A stretch of DNA of 40,727 nucleotides from Octopus bimaculoides. Lineage: Eukaryota. Below are positions 12,369 through 24,016 of the stretch, one piece after another (within the stretch, counting starts at the first letter, position 1; every line of letters begins with the position of its first letter). Both the position numbers and the translations under genes were made by a program. A model generated the notes under the pieces. It did no database searches, had not been told where the DNA came from, and worked only from the letters and a program-made list of their open reading frames with translations. The stretch lies in NCBI RefSeq assembly GCF_001194135.2, contig NC_068983.1, positions 4,819,756 through 4,860,482 on the forward strand, read 5' to 3'.

Positions 12369-13669
12369 CTGCAACAACAAATATGGTAAATAGTAAATAA
12401 AGTGTATTTTCATTGTTGGATAATACAAGCAAAGGTCGACAGTGACTTTGAAGTTGCAATTTAGTTGCATCCATCATAAAGTAAAACACTTTTGATATTT
12501 CCAGATTATATATTCTTTGGTTCATCTTGTGATTGGAGCAATGTGGCTGTTATTCATTTTTCCATAGGTTAGACAGAATTTGTTGAAGCAGATTTTCTAT
12601 CACTAGATACCCTTCTTGTTGCAAACCCTCTGTTTCCAAGCTAGCTAATATTTCCCTAGGGCAATATTGGAAACAAACAGCACCATTTGTATTTACACTC
12701 ATCTTGTGGTATTAAGATATGAGTACACGCAAAGACACACACTCAACATTAAGCGGTTGGCATTAAGTAAGGAAATCCAGCTGACATAGGAGCTTGGCAC
12801 TGTCCTCTGGCTTGTCAGTGTCTGTGAAATCATCCAACCCATACCAGCACAGGAAAAGGACATCCAATGATAATGATGGGCTTCTTTCAATATGAAATCC
12901 ACTCAAGTCTTTAGTCAGCTGGTAACTATTGTAGAAGACATGTCCATGGTGCTGCACCGTGGGACTGAACTCAAGACCAAGGAGTGGAAAGCAAGCTTCT
13001 CAACCATACAGCCATGACTGCACCTATTTCATTTTTTTTTTTTTTACTTGTTTCAGCCATTTGATGGTGGCCATCTTAGAGCACCGTGTTAAAGGGTGGT
13101 AGTCGAAGAAATCGGCCCCAGGGCTTATTCTTTGTAAGCGTAGTGCTTGTTTTATCGGTCTCTTTTGACAAACCACTGAGTTACGGGGATGTAAACACAC
13201 CAGTATCAGATGGGGGGGGGGGGGCAAACACAAATATATACGTATATGTTAAATTAAATGAGACAACAAGGCCAAGGGTGTGTGGACATTTTCAGGACAT
13301 TTATAAAAAGAAAGTCTTATAGTTGTTTCTGGGATATTAGGGATATCCCTATACTGCGACAGGCTTTTTCCAGTTCCTGTCTACCTAATCCACTCACAAG
13401 GCTTTGGTTAGCCCGAGGCTATAGTAGAAGACACATGTCCAAGGTGCCACACAGTGGGACTGAACAAGGGACTATGTGGTTGGGAAGCAAGCTTCTTACC
13501 ACACAGCCACGCTTGCACCTATGAATGCATGTATATAAAAAGACATGCCTGAGTTTGATTAAGTTTGTTAAGCGAAAGTGAGAGGCAGCATCGAACACTT
13601 CAAAAGTGATCACCTGAGAGAGAGAGAAAGACATACTTTTCCAGGAAATCTTTCTCTCGGTGCCGCCGG

Positions 13670-13960
13670 ACTGTCTGCCATGCCAGTGGCACGTAAAATG
13701 CACCATTCAAATGTGGTCAATGCCAATACCACCTGGCTGTCTCCCATGCCGGTGGCACGTAAAAAGCACCCATTACACTCTCGAAGTGGTTGGTGTTAGA
13801 AAGGGCATCCAGCTGTAGAAACCTTACCAAATCAGATTGGAGCCTGGTGCAGCCTTCGGGCTTGCCAGTCCTCAGTCAAACGGTCCAACCCATGCCAGCA
13901 TGGAAAGCAGATGTTAAATGACGATGATGATGATGGTGATGAGACACAAGATCAATAGAT
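13670..13960 (+). mobile_element. Family A repeat (RTE-type 3' tail, (GAT)n end); more than 20 copies or fragments, e.g. ~538-775, 2490-2690, 3500-3760, 4041-4470, 4978-5160, 11154-11330, 17610-17860, 21033-21200, 22640-22890, 31625-31830, 34640-34892, 36682-36960, 37845-38218, 39570-39758
   Basis: Shared ~200 bp: aaagcaccca(c)tacactc...gtggttggcgttaggaagggcatccagctgtaga...ccgtccaacccatgccagcatggaaagcggacgttaaacgatgatgat. Confidence 0.88.
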
Positions 13961-14359
13961 CACTCTGCAAATATTAGATTCCACTTCTTCCCATGACATA
14001 CCATCTTATATACAAACTTACATACACACATGCATTTAGAGCTGGTTGTCAGAAGAGTGCCTGATGCCATTTGTATGCCAGGCAAAATGCTTAGAGCCAT
14101 TTTGGTTGTCTTTACATTCAAATTCTGCCATGGTTGACTTTGCCTTTTGTCTTTCCCAGCTTGATAAAATAAGTACCAGTTGAGCACTGGGGTCAGCGTA
14201 ATGGACTTAACCCACCCCACAAAAAAATTTTCTGGCCTTGTGCCAAAATTTGAAATCAATATCGTTTTTAACTTTGGTCAAGTCAGTCTCTGCAGTGAGA
14301 CATTGTTGCAATTAAGGTAAGTATTTAATACTGACCAATGTGAATATAAAAGGACTTAC

Positions 14360-14444
14360 ATGTGCTGCTGTGTTGGTGTTACAGGCCGTCGAGGATCGAG
14401 GAAGGCTTTTGGCACAGACAGGAGACCACCAAATTTGAGGGCCA
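14360..14444 (-). CDS. EMC1: EMC1 coding exon
   Basis: tttgcag/gtaagt. Encodes ALKFGGLLSVPKAFLDPRRPVTPTQQH, containing the conserved LDPRRP. Confidence 0.95.
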
Positions 14445-14982
14445 CTGCAAAATAAACATACAACTTCAATTACAATAGTATGGGCAACCACAGTGGCACG
14501 GGTGATGTATGGGGAAGGGCCCAGTGCTTTGAATAGATGAAACCTGAGGAAGAGGGAAATATGAAAAGATGTGATGAAGATGGATCTTAAATGCTCATTA
14601 ATTAGTTTGATAGTTGAGCTCTGATTGGCTGTATGCAAATGAGTTCATAACTGGGATCTGGAACTCACGTGGAAAAAAAAATTTCACGTCCTGGCTTTCT
14701 CCAAGGTGTATTTATGATTTTGTTAACTGATAAGTTATTAAGTTGAGTTTTCTTCTTCCAGGACATGAAGTCATTACAAGTGACAGATCTCAACTGTCAC
14801 CACAAACACCAATACTACAAGTGTGATAGTCTCTACACAGCTGATTGATTTGCTGAAAACAATGACCAAATCTTCACTGGACAGGTGTACTATTTAAAGT
14901 AAATAGTTGGGACAGTCATGGCCGGGATGTTTCTGACCACAGTCCTGCTCCACCGGCACTGGTCTGAGGCTTAACAACAAAC

Positions 14983-15470
14983 CAGGGCTGCTGAGTCGGA
15001 AACAATTAAGGGGAAGTGGGAGTCAGTATAGTTTTACCGACTCTGACTCACAATGTCTGTATTCTTGAATCTAAACAAGCTATAACATAAAGGCCGACTC
15101 AAAGTACAAGCGTATGCACATGCTTTATGAGATACGTAGACCACAATCACTTAATTACATAAAGAGGAGTCAGAGTCAGAGCTGCCAATAGTACAGGAGT
15201 CGAAATTTTTTGTTTTGACTCCACAGCCACACATACACACACACACATAGCTGTGGAGTCGAAGCCAGAAAAACTACACTGACTCCAATTCACAATCTCT
15301 TTATTTTTTAATCTAAACCAGGGCCTACTCAAAGTACAAGTGTATGCATATGCTTTATGAGATATTTTGACCACAATCACTTAATTACATAAAGAGGAGT
15401 CGGAGTAGGAGGTCCAATAGTAAAAGAGTCAAAATCAAAGTTTTTTTTTTGTTTCGACTCCACAGCTCTG
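14983..15470. mobile_element. hAT-like MITE composed of two tandem units
   Basis: TIRs CAGGGCTGCTGAGTCGG / CGACTCCACAGCTCTG. 8-bp flanks CAACAAAC and TAACAAAC (7/8 match). Internal duplication ~15062-15228 versus ~15300-15470. Confidence 0.75.
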
Positions 15471-15521
15471 TAACAAACTTAACATGTACAAAGTTATCCT
15501 TAAGCAAGTGACTTAACTTAC

Positions 15522-15732
15522 CAATCACATGTTTGCTTGTGATGCCTTTCTCTGTCACCGTGGCAGCCATGTTGGAGATATAAGCTGGGAATATGTAAGC
15601 CTGTCTTGTAACCAACGGTGCCAATATGGGATTTAGAGACGAGAAAGCTGTAGAGTTGCTTTGTTCTTTCCCTTCATACATCTCAAGGACGACCATTTCA
15701 TTGCGTCTATTCTTTTGGTTGTAGAAATTATA
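15522..15732 (-). CDS. EMC1: EMC1 coding exon
   Basis: ccatcaag/gtaagt. Encodes YNFYNQKNRRNEMVVLEMYEGKEQSNSTAFSSL...AATVTEKGITSKHVI. Confidence 0.95.
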
Positions 15733-15989
15733 CTTGATGGAAAGAAGAGAGAGAAATGGTTAGGTGAGTGCCGTATTCTAATCTGGAGCAAACAGAAAGA
15801 AAGAAAGGAAATAAAAGAGAAAACCTAAACTTCTACATCAATGAAACTGTTTCTTAAGCACAAATAAAGAATGACCAATTATTATTATATAGGTGCAGGC
15901 ATGGCTGTGTAATAAGAAGTTTACTTCCCAACCACATGGTTCCTGGTTCAATCCCACTGTATATGATGAAAAGTTGTTATTATTATAAT

Positions 15990-17380
15990 ACAAAGGAGGC
16001 AGTTTGGCAGAACCATTAGCAAGCTGGGTGAAGTACTTAACGGTATTTCACTTGTTGCTAAATCGTGAGTTCAGATTCAGCTGAGGTTGGCTTTGCTTTT
16101 TATTCTTTCAGGTTCGATAAATTAAGTACCAGTGAAATATTGGGGGTCAACATAATTGACTAGTCCCCTACCTCAAAATTTCAGGCCTTGTGCCTTTAGT
16201 AGAAAGGATTATTATTATTATTATTACATGGTGGAAGTCAGCTAACTGACAGGATCATTAGTGTGTTGAACAAAGTACAGGCATACCTCAGCTTAAGTCA
16301 TTTCGATTTAAGTCTTTCTCAATTATACGTCGGTTTTCAAAAATAACATATGGAAAAATAAAAATCAAGTTAAGTCACTTTACTCAACTGTACGTCTGTC
16401 TGCCATAAATATTGGAATCGTGAAATCACAAGAAAATTGTTAAAAGCACATAAAAATCATATTAAAATATGTACAGTAAATGTTAAGATACACACCATAA
16501 AGTAGTGTAGCTGAGTGAACAAAATCACCAAATTGTATGTCCATATTGGTAAATTTAAAATGATTAAGTTTTTTTTACTATTGCAAAATAATAATAATTA
16601 CTGAATTCGTTTTTTAAGCTTAAAAAAGGGCTTTTATTTAACCATGTCTCATTGCAAACCACATTCATAAATAAAGCATCTGCAATGTACGGTAAACACT
16701 GCCAAATTGAATTCATAAATTTAGATACTTGTTTTTTTACTGTATTAAAAAATAAAAGTTATTTGTTTGTAAGTTTAAAATAGGTTTTTATCAAACATTT
16801 ATTATTGAAAATGCATTCATAAATAAAGTACAGGACTGGGAATGGTTATTATCGGTTTAGCCCAGAGACAAGGAAATTCGGTCTAGCCTAGAGACATGTT
16901 AATTCGACTTAAGTCGTGTCTCCTGGAACCAATTAACGACGTAGGGTGAGGTATGCCTGTACTTGGTGGTATTTCTCCCAGCTCTTTACAATCTGACTTC
17001 AAATTCCGCTGAGGTCAAGTTTACCTTTGTCCTTTAGGGATTGATAAAAAAAAAAGCACCGGTCAAGCACCAAAGTCAATGTAATTGGCTAAACTTCTTC
17101 CACCTAAAATTGCTGGTCTTGTATCAAAATCTGAAATGGTTATTATTGACATTAAGGTGATGAGGGTGGTGAGCTGGTGGAATTGTTACTATGCTGGTCA
17201 AAATGCTTAGCGGAATTTCATTTGTCATTATGTTCTGAGTTCAAATTCAGCTGTGATTGACTTTGCCTTTCATCGTTTCAGGGTCAATAGAATAAAGTAC
17301 CAGTGAAGTACTGGAATCAACAGATTAACCTCTAACTTCTAAAACTAATAACCTTGTGCCAAATTTAGAAAGAATTATTA
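15990..17380 (+). mobile_element. Chain of three head-to-tail family D SINEs; the middle copy is interrupted by the Tigger-like MITE
   Basis: Copies at ~15990-16225, ~16230-17145 and ~17160-17378, separated by (ATT)n tails. Confidence 0.75.
16278..16959. mobile_element. Tigger/pogo-like MITE (Tc1/mariner superfamily), 682 bp
   Basis: Perfect 13-bp TIRs CAGGCATACCTCA / TGAGGTATGCCTG, TA duplication at 16276-77 and 16960-61, AT-rich non-coding interior. The TIR start matches the Tigger1-type CAGGCATACCTC. Confidence 0.88.
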
Positions 17381-18170
17381 TCATGCCACACTGATAAGGG
17401 GCAGGCACAGTGGTGTGGTTAAAAATTTTGCTTCCCAACTACAAGGCTTCAGGTTCAATCCCACTGCATGACATCATCATCATTTAACATCCATTTTCCA
17501 TGTTGGCATGCATTGGATGGTTTGACTGAGAACTGGTAAGCCGGGAGGGGCTGCACCAGACTTCAAATTCCTCTCAGGTTGACTTTGTTTTTCATCCTTT
17601 CAGGGATTCAGCATCAACATCATCGTTTAACGTCCATTTTCCATGCTGGCATGGGTTGGACAGTTTGACTGAGGACTGGCAAGCCAGAAGGCTGCACCAG
17701 GCTCCAATCTTATCTGGCAAGGTTTCTACAGCTGGATGCCCTTCCTAACGCCAACCACTCCAAGAGTGTAGTGGGTGCTTTTTGTGTGCCACTGGCACAG
17801 GTGCCATTGACCCGACACCAGCATTGGCCACGACTACGATCTCACTTGGCTTGACAAGATTTAGCTGATGAAAGCTGGATGTGTGTGTGTCCTTGTTTTG
17901 AATGTATGAATAGTAAATGAGCATCACTATCACACAAGTGGGGGTTGTTGTTCCTTGGAAACGAGTGATGGTTTGTGGCAGGAAGGGCATCCAGCCATAG
18001 AAAATCTGTCTCAGAAAATTTCATCTGACTCATGTCAGCAGAAAAGTGGACATCAAAATGATGATGATGTTGAGCCAAGCTTGTATCCATTCTTTACTTG
18101 ACCACCTCGTTTATCAGGGCAGTTACTAATTAAAACATGTCTTAAATGAAGGGTTAATTAAAATACCTAC

Positions 18171-18292
18171 CACAACCCAGTTCTCAGAATGTACCACATT
18201 AACAGGCCCTTTCACTCTGCTATGTTTGGAATGGTAAACAACATTTCCAGTGATCAAATCAATCAAATAAATATTCAGAAAGTTGGATGGAA
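18171..18292 (-). CDS. EMC1: EMC1 coding exon
   Basis: ttgacag/gtaggt. Encodes PSNFLNIYLIDLITGNVVYHSKHSRVKGPVNVVHSENWVV. Confidence 0.95.
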
Positions 18293-19004
18293 CTGTCAAA
18301 CAAAAAGATAAACAGAAATTAATATTTAGTCAACAAAATTAACTAATTAAGCAGTTACTTCATATTTATTCTCACCTGATTGTTAATGAATAAATAATCA
18401 CACTGTATTGTCATTATAAAACTTTAATTAAACACTATGGAAACACCTTGGTAGTGGGTGGGGAGGGTCTCCATTGTTTCATAATGATTCACTTGTTTGA
18501 TCTAGACTGAATTAACTGCTCCTGAATTAATTAGTAATTGGTTGAGTATTTCACAGACCTTTAACATAATTCTCAGGCAGAATCAATGTAACACAATGTG
18601 TAACAAAACAAAAACCTTTAAACAATTTCAAGTACAATCCATTTGATGGGCTTCCATACAGTTTCCATCTTCCCAATTTCACTCACAGAGACATAGGCCA
18701 ACCTAAAGCCATAGAGAGTGGTATTTGCCCAAGATGCCACACAATGGGATCGAACCTGGGACTTTCGCCATTATCAATTAATGTATATATTCCATGCTGA
18801 CAAGGGTCGGATTGGTTTGATAGGATCTGACAGGTCCAAGCATTGCATTATGTACCACTGTCTGCTTTAGTTTGGTTTCTATGGTTACATATCCTTGCCA
18901 ACAGCAACCACTTTACAGGATGCACCCAGTGCATTTTTGTGGCACCAGCCCTGGTGAGGTTGCCAAGGAGCTTGCCAAACTAAGATTCCTTTAATACAGT
19001 TTTA

Positions 19005-19155
19005 TATTTAAGAGATGAGGAATTATGTACATTATTTACATTTGACGGATATTTGTCCTCATCTTGTTTGTTGTTAACACAACGTTTCGGCTGATATTCC
19101 CTCCAGCCTTCATCAGGTGTCTTGGGGAAATTTCAAACCTGGGTCCTCATTTCTA
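19005..19155 (-). mobile_element. Family E tail-only copy
   Basis: Near-identical to the tails at 23793-23915 and 39395-39545; no tRNA head. Confidence 0.75.
19076..19121 (-). ncRNA. Minimal hammerhead ribozyme motif, intact, sense to EMC1
   Basis: Minus strand reads GACAC CTGATGA A GGCTG gagggaatat CAGCC GAAA CGT T GTGTT. Confidence 0.68.
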
Positions 19156-19469
19156 CTACGGGCCTCTAGAACAGTGATGCTCATTTACAGCTATTGCACT
19201 ATGTCAAGAGAAGAAAGCATTAACACTCACACACATATACATACACATGTATACATACTTGCACACACACACACACACAAATATACACATGATGAATTTC
19301 TTTCAGCTTCTGTCAACTACATCCACTTAGAAGGCTCAGGCTAGCCAGGGGTTATATAGAAGATGCAATAGGGCTGAACCCCAAACCGGTGCCTATTAAG
19401 GAATCAATCAAAGGATAAAGAAGATTTAAAGTCAGAGGGTTCAATATCAGTATAAGGAAATATAATTAC

Positions 19470-19589
19470 ATTTCTGTGAAGGTGATGGGGTCTCCTCCCC
19501 TTCAGCAGTGACAACCACCAGATTGGGGTTGAGGTATTTATAGAGAACGCTTCTGTCACCAAGGACACGGCCCAAGGAATGTACAACTT
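19470..19589 (-). CDS. EMC1: EMC1 coding exon
   Basis: ttttcag/gtaatt. Encodes [39 protein letters not shown]. Confidence 0.96.
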
Positions 19590-20185
19590 CTGAAAATATA
19601 AATGAATAAGTAAAAGACTGCGTATGTTAAAGCATGGTGAACTTAATTGGGTAAGAAAGTGTTAAAAGAATGATTAACATAAAAAGGGAATCAAATGTAT
19701 AGCAAGTATATATCATCATTATTTAATGTCTGTTTTCCATGCTGGCATGGGTTGGACAGATTGACAGGAGCTGCACAGGTGTTGGTGTGTTTATGTCCGC
19801 ATAACTTAGCGGTTCGACACAAGTTACTGATAGAATAAATATCAGGCTTAAAAAAAAACAATAAGTGCCAGTAAAGTGACGCTGGCAGCGATCACGCTCA
19901 AATGGTGCCTTTCACGTGTCACCAGCACGGGAGCCAATTCGTGGCCCTGGCAACGATCATGCTCGGATGTGCTTTTAACGTTCCACTGGCACGAGTGCCA
20001 ATCAGGTGGTCATTCAACTAAAAATTCTTCAAGGTGGTGCCCCAGCATGGCCGCAGTCTACTAACTAAAAGAAATAAAAGAAAAAATAAATAACTGCCCA
20101 CCTCAGCCCTCCTGGCTAATACTGACCAGTGGGCAGTACCTACAGTGATGATGGTGATGTAGCAGGTAAAAACTGAGTGACTTAC

Positions 20186-20267
20186 CTGAGTTTCTCTTGG
20201 TAACAACGTTTGTTATGGTCTGTATGTTGTTCTGCATATTGACCATCCAGGTTTTCTCAGCCACAAT
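20186..20267 (-). CDS. EMC1: EMC1 coding exon
   Basis: gttgtag/gtaagt. Encodes IVAEKTWMVNMQNNIQTITNVVTKRNS(E); phase-compatible. Confidence 0.9.
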
Positions 20268-20299
20268 CTACAACACATTTGGACATTTAAAGAGACCGG

Positions 20300-20645
20300 T
20301 GTGAGTGGTCAGTGTAGGTGTTATAATCGGTGTGCGTGGTCAGTAACACTGATGTTTAGGGTCAGCATAAGTGGTCAGTGATATTGCAATGTATTGTTTT
20401 GGTCAGTGTAAATGATCAATGAGACTGTTATAGGTCAGTGACATTGTAATGTTATGGTCAGTGTATATAGTTACTGACACTAATGGTCAGAGAGTGGTCA
20501 GAGACATGGTTGTGACCATTCTAAGCAGTCAATGACTGCTTACAGTCAGTGACAGTAATATCATGGTCAGAGTAGTCACGGACAGTGTAATGTTATGGTC
20601 AGTGTGAGCAGTCAGAGATGGAGTAATGTTAAAGTGGTCAAAACC
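20300..20645. repeat. Degenerate GGTCAG-rich tandem repeat filling an EMC1 intron
   Basis: 12 GGTCA at 20307, 20338, 20360, 20373, 20401, 20433, 20456, 20485, 20496, 20565, 20597 and 20636. Confidence 0.8.
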
Positions 20646-20703
20646 ATTGCAATATAAACAACACCAGAGTCCAGTTAAGAGAGAGACACACAAAAATAAT
20701 TAC

Positions 20704-20829
20704 CTTATCTCTGTTGCTAATTAGTCGATAACCTTGCATTTGTCCTTCCTCTACACTAACGGAGTAGAAAAACACTGAGGGTAGGCATTTACGGAGAGTC
20801 ATCTGATAGGAAGCTGGGTACGTGTGAAC
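20704..20829 (-). CDS. EMC1: EMC1 coding exon
   Basis: gtttcag/gtaatt. Encodes VHTYPASYQMTLRKCLPSVFFYSVSVEEGQMQGYRLISNRDK. Confidence 0.93.
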
Positions 20830-21640
20830 CTGAAACAGAAGTTAGAATATTACACCAATCCAATATTGACATTTACATACAGTGTATATATATGTGTTTG
20901 TGTGTGTGTCTCTATAAACGTGTGTGTGTGTGTAACTGTCTGCCATTGGTTCTGACGTGTGTTCCAGCTGAATCAATCAAACAGAACAGCCTCCTCATAA
21001 AATTAATGTGCAAGTGGCTGTGTACTCCACAGACATCATCATCATCGTTTAACGTGTGCTTTCCATGCTGGCATGGGTTGGAAGGTTTGACTGAGGACTG
21101 CACCAGGTTCCATTGTCTGTTTTGGCAGAGTTTCTACAGCTGGTTGCCCTTCCTAACTTGCCAACCACTCCGAGAGTGTAGTGGGTGCTTTTTACGTATA
21201 TGTATATAAGTACTACAATTAGATACATATATGCACGCATGTGTACATATATTGTTTTACACAAAGAAGTGATGCACAGTGCCAGAATTTTCGACTCGAG
21301 TCAAACATAATTACACCGAACTGTTGTTAGAATAACCTCACAAATGGAGACTGGACTGGCCAATTTGTACTGGCATCGTTTGTAATAACGAAATCGAACC
21401 AATCAGTGATATTTTGAAAGTATTTAGTGTTCTTTTATTTGTTTGTCATTTGACTGTGGCCATGCTGGAGCACTGCCTTTAGTCAGACAAATCGACCCCA
21501 GGACTTATTCTTTGTAAGCCCAGTACTTGGTCTATCTGTCTCTTTTGCCAAACTGCTAAGTTACGGGGACGTAAACACACCAACATTAGTTGCCAAGTGA
21601 TGGTGGGGGAACAAACACAGACACAAACATATACACACCT

Positions 21641-21671
<31 letters not shown>

Positions 21672-21940
21672 CAATGGGCTTCTTTCAGTTTCCGTCTACC
21701 AAATCCACTCACAAAGCTTTGGTCAACGCAAGGCTATAATAGAAGACACCTGCCCCAGGTGCCACGGAGTGGAACTGAACCCAGAACCATGTGGTTGCTA
21801 AGCAAGGGGATGTATTTCCTATTGTAAAATGTAAATATTAAATGCTTTCAAAATATCCTTATTTGGTTAGACCTCATTATTACGACTTCTATAAAAACAT
21901 GTGTGTGCATTTGTATGTGGTTAGTGACTTTGTAACTTAC

Positions 21941-22111
21941 AACAAAATTACTGTCCAGTATAAGCACTCCTTTCAAATAGTTCTTGTCCACCTCAGAGTA
22001 CATAGCTGCCTGAACCACTCGGTAAGCGAGATTCTTGCCACTGGATGGAATGTCAGACACAGGATTCCCAGTTACAGGGTTGAAGGCATAAATCACCCCT
22101 TCACCACTCAC
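21941..22111 (-). CDS. EMC1: EMC1 coding exon
   Basis: taactag/gtaagt. Encodes VSGEGVIYAFNPVTGNP...EVDKNYLKGVLILDSNFV. Confidence 0.93.
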
Positions 22112-23475
22112 CTAGTTACAAAAGCAAAAGAAACAAATCCACAACAAGATATTAAAAGACTTTTACATTCCAGTTTGGTGATAAAACAAAATAAATTAAA
22201 AAGATTATATTGATTTAAAGACATCATCATCATAATTTTATCTCTCCTTTCTATTTGTATAACTTCTTCCTTAAATATTCTATCATTTGCTCCCTCTTCC
22301 CCTCCTCCTTCTAGGAATCTTTCCCTTTCACTGTGTGAGTAGTTCCTTTACTCAATGCCTGCCAACAAGCCTAGTATGTGCATTCATCCTGCACTTCATA
22401 TGTTAACCCTCTTTGTTTCTCTCTTTTATTATCCCCCTATAAATGAGACATATATAGATCATCATCATCATTTAACGCCTGTTTTCCATATTGGCATCAG
22501 TCGGATAGGTTGACAGAAGCTAGCAAGCTAGAGAGCTGCACCAGCCTCCAGCTGTCTGTTTTGGTTTCTATGACTGGATGTTCTTCCTGACAACTACTTT
22601 ACAGAGCGTTCTGAGTACTTTTCCTGTGACACCATCATCAGCATCATCATTGTTTAATGTCCGTTTTCTATGCTGGCATAGGTTGGATGGTTTTACTGAG
22701 GTTTGGAGAGCCAGTGGCTGCACCAGGCTCCAATCTGATCTGGCAATGTTTCTACAGCTGGTTGTCCTTCCTAATGCCAACCACTCTGAGAGTGTAGTGG
22801 GTGCTTTTTACGTGCCACCGGCACAGGAGCCAGTCAGGCAAGCCTGGCATTGATCACGTTCAGATAGTGCTTTTTGTGTGTCACTGATATATATACACAC
22901 TCACAAGCAACCTCCACACAATTTCCATCCAACCAAATTCTTGACAAGATATTGGTCAATGTGAAGCAGTAGTAGAAGACATTTGTTCAAAATGCCACAC
23001 AGTTTGTCTTCAACTGGTGTCATGGCCATCTTAATTCTTCTTATACATAACCCAGCAATGATTGATGTCTTCAGCCTGTATTTGTACTTCAAAGTCTCTA
23101 CCTTCACACATATGATGGACTTCTTGACAGTCTCACTCTACCAAATGTCACTCATGAGACATTAGTTAGTCTGGAAGAATAGAAGAAGACTCTTGCCCAA
23201 GGTACCACGCACAGTGGGTATTGAACCTGAGACCACGTAGTTGCAAAGCAAGCCGCTTGACCATGCCTGTGTCTGTTTTTGCGGCAGTTTTCCAATGAAA
23301 TACCATTCCTACTAGTGATGAGTAAAAAGATAAGTGAAACCTATTTGTCAGCCAGTCAGACTGAGGCAATTATAATTACAAAACACAATGGAGTAATAAG
23401 GTTTTAAACATAACTGCACAGTTGTTGAGTGAGAAAATGTTTTAAAAATACATATCCGATAACGGTTCTACTTAC

Positions 23476-23640
23476 TTTGTTTTTACCGAGAACCAAACAC
23501 TGAGGGTGGTTACCAACATGTGCTGTAGTTCTCTGGACAAAGAGCATGAGACTTGGTTTACCATAGTTGTTGAATGGTGCCATCTTGGAAATATAATGGC
23601 ACCATATGATACGACCGTTGGTACTTCGGATGCCAAACAG
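23476..23640 (-). CDS. EMC1: EMC1 coding exon
   Basis: tttacag/gtaagt. Encodes LFGIRSTNGRIIW...LFVQRTTAHVGNHPQCLVLGKNK. Confidence 0.95.
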
Positions 23641-23792
23641 CTGTAAAGAGATAAAAACAAATTATTTTAACTCTTCTGATATAAGCCGCTCCCAATTCTG
23701 TGATACAACCTTACTGCTTTAAAAGGGATCTAAATTAAAACCTTTAATTAACATTTAATGTTGATTAATGTTCCAAACACCAATTTAATAAT

Positions 23793-24016
23793 ACATTATT
23801 TACATTTGATGGATATTTGTCCTCATCTTGTTTGTTGTTAACATAACGTTTCAGCTGATATACCCTCCAGCCTTCATCAGGTGTCTTGGGGAAATTTCGA
23901 ACCTGGGTTCTCATTCCTAAGGTATTTTTCGATATTATTATTATTATTCAGGTCACTGCCTGGAATCGAACTCGGAATCTTGAGGTTAGTAGCCTGCGCT
24001 CTTAACCACTACACCA
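23793..24016 (-). mobile_element. tRNA-headed, hammerhead-tailed SINE-like element (family E)
   Basis: A box TGGTGTAGTGG and B box GAGTTCGATTCC, then an (AAT)n linker and the hammerhead tail. 7-bp direct repeat TAATAAT at 23786-23792 and 24017-24023. Confidence 0.8.
23840..23885 (-). ncRNA. Hammerhead motif copy with two substitutions
   Basis: Minus strand reads GACAC CTGATGA A GGCTG gagggtatat CAGCT GAAA CGT T ATGTT. Confidence 0.55.
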
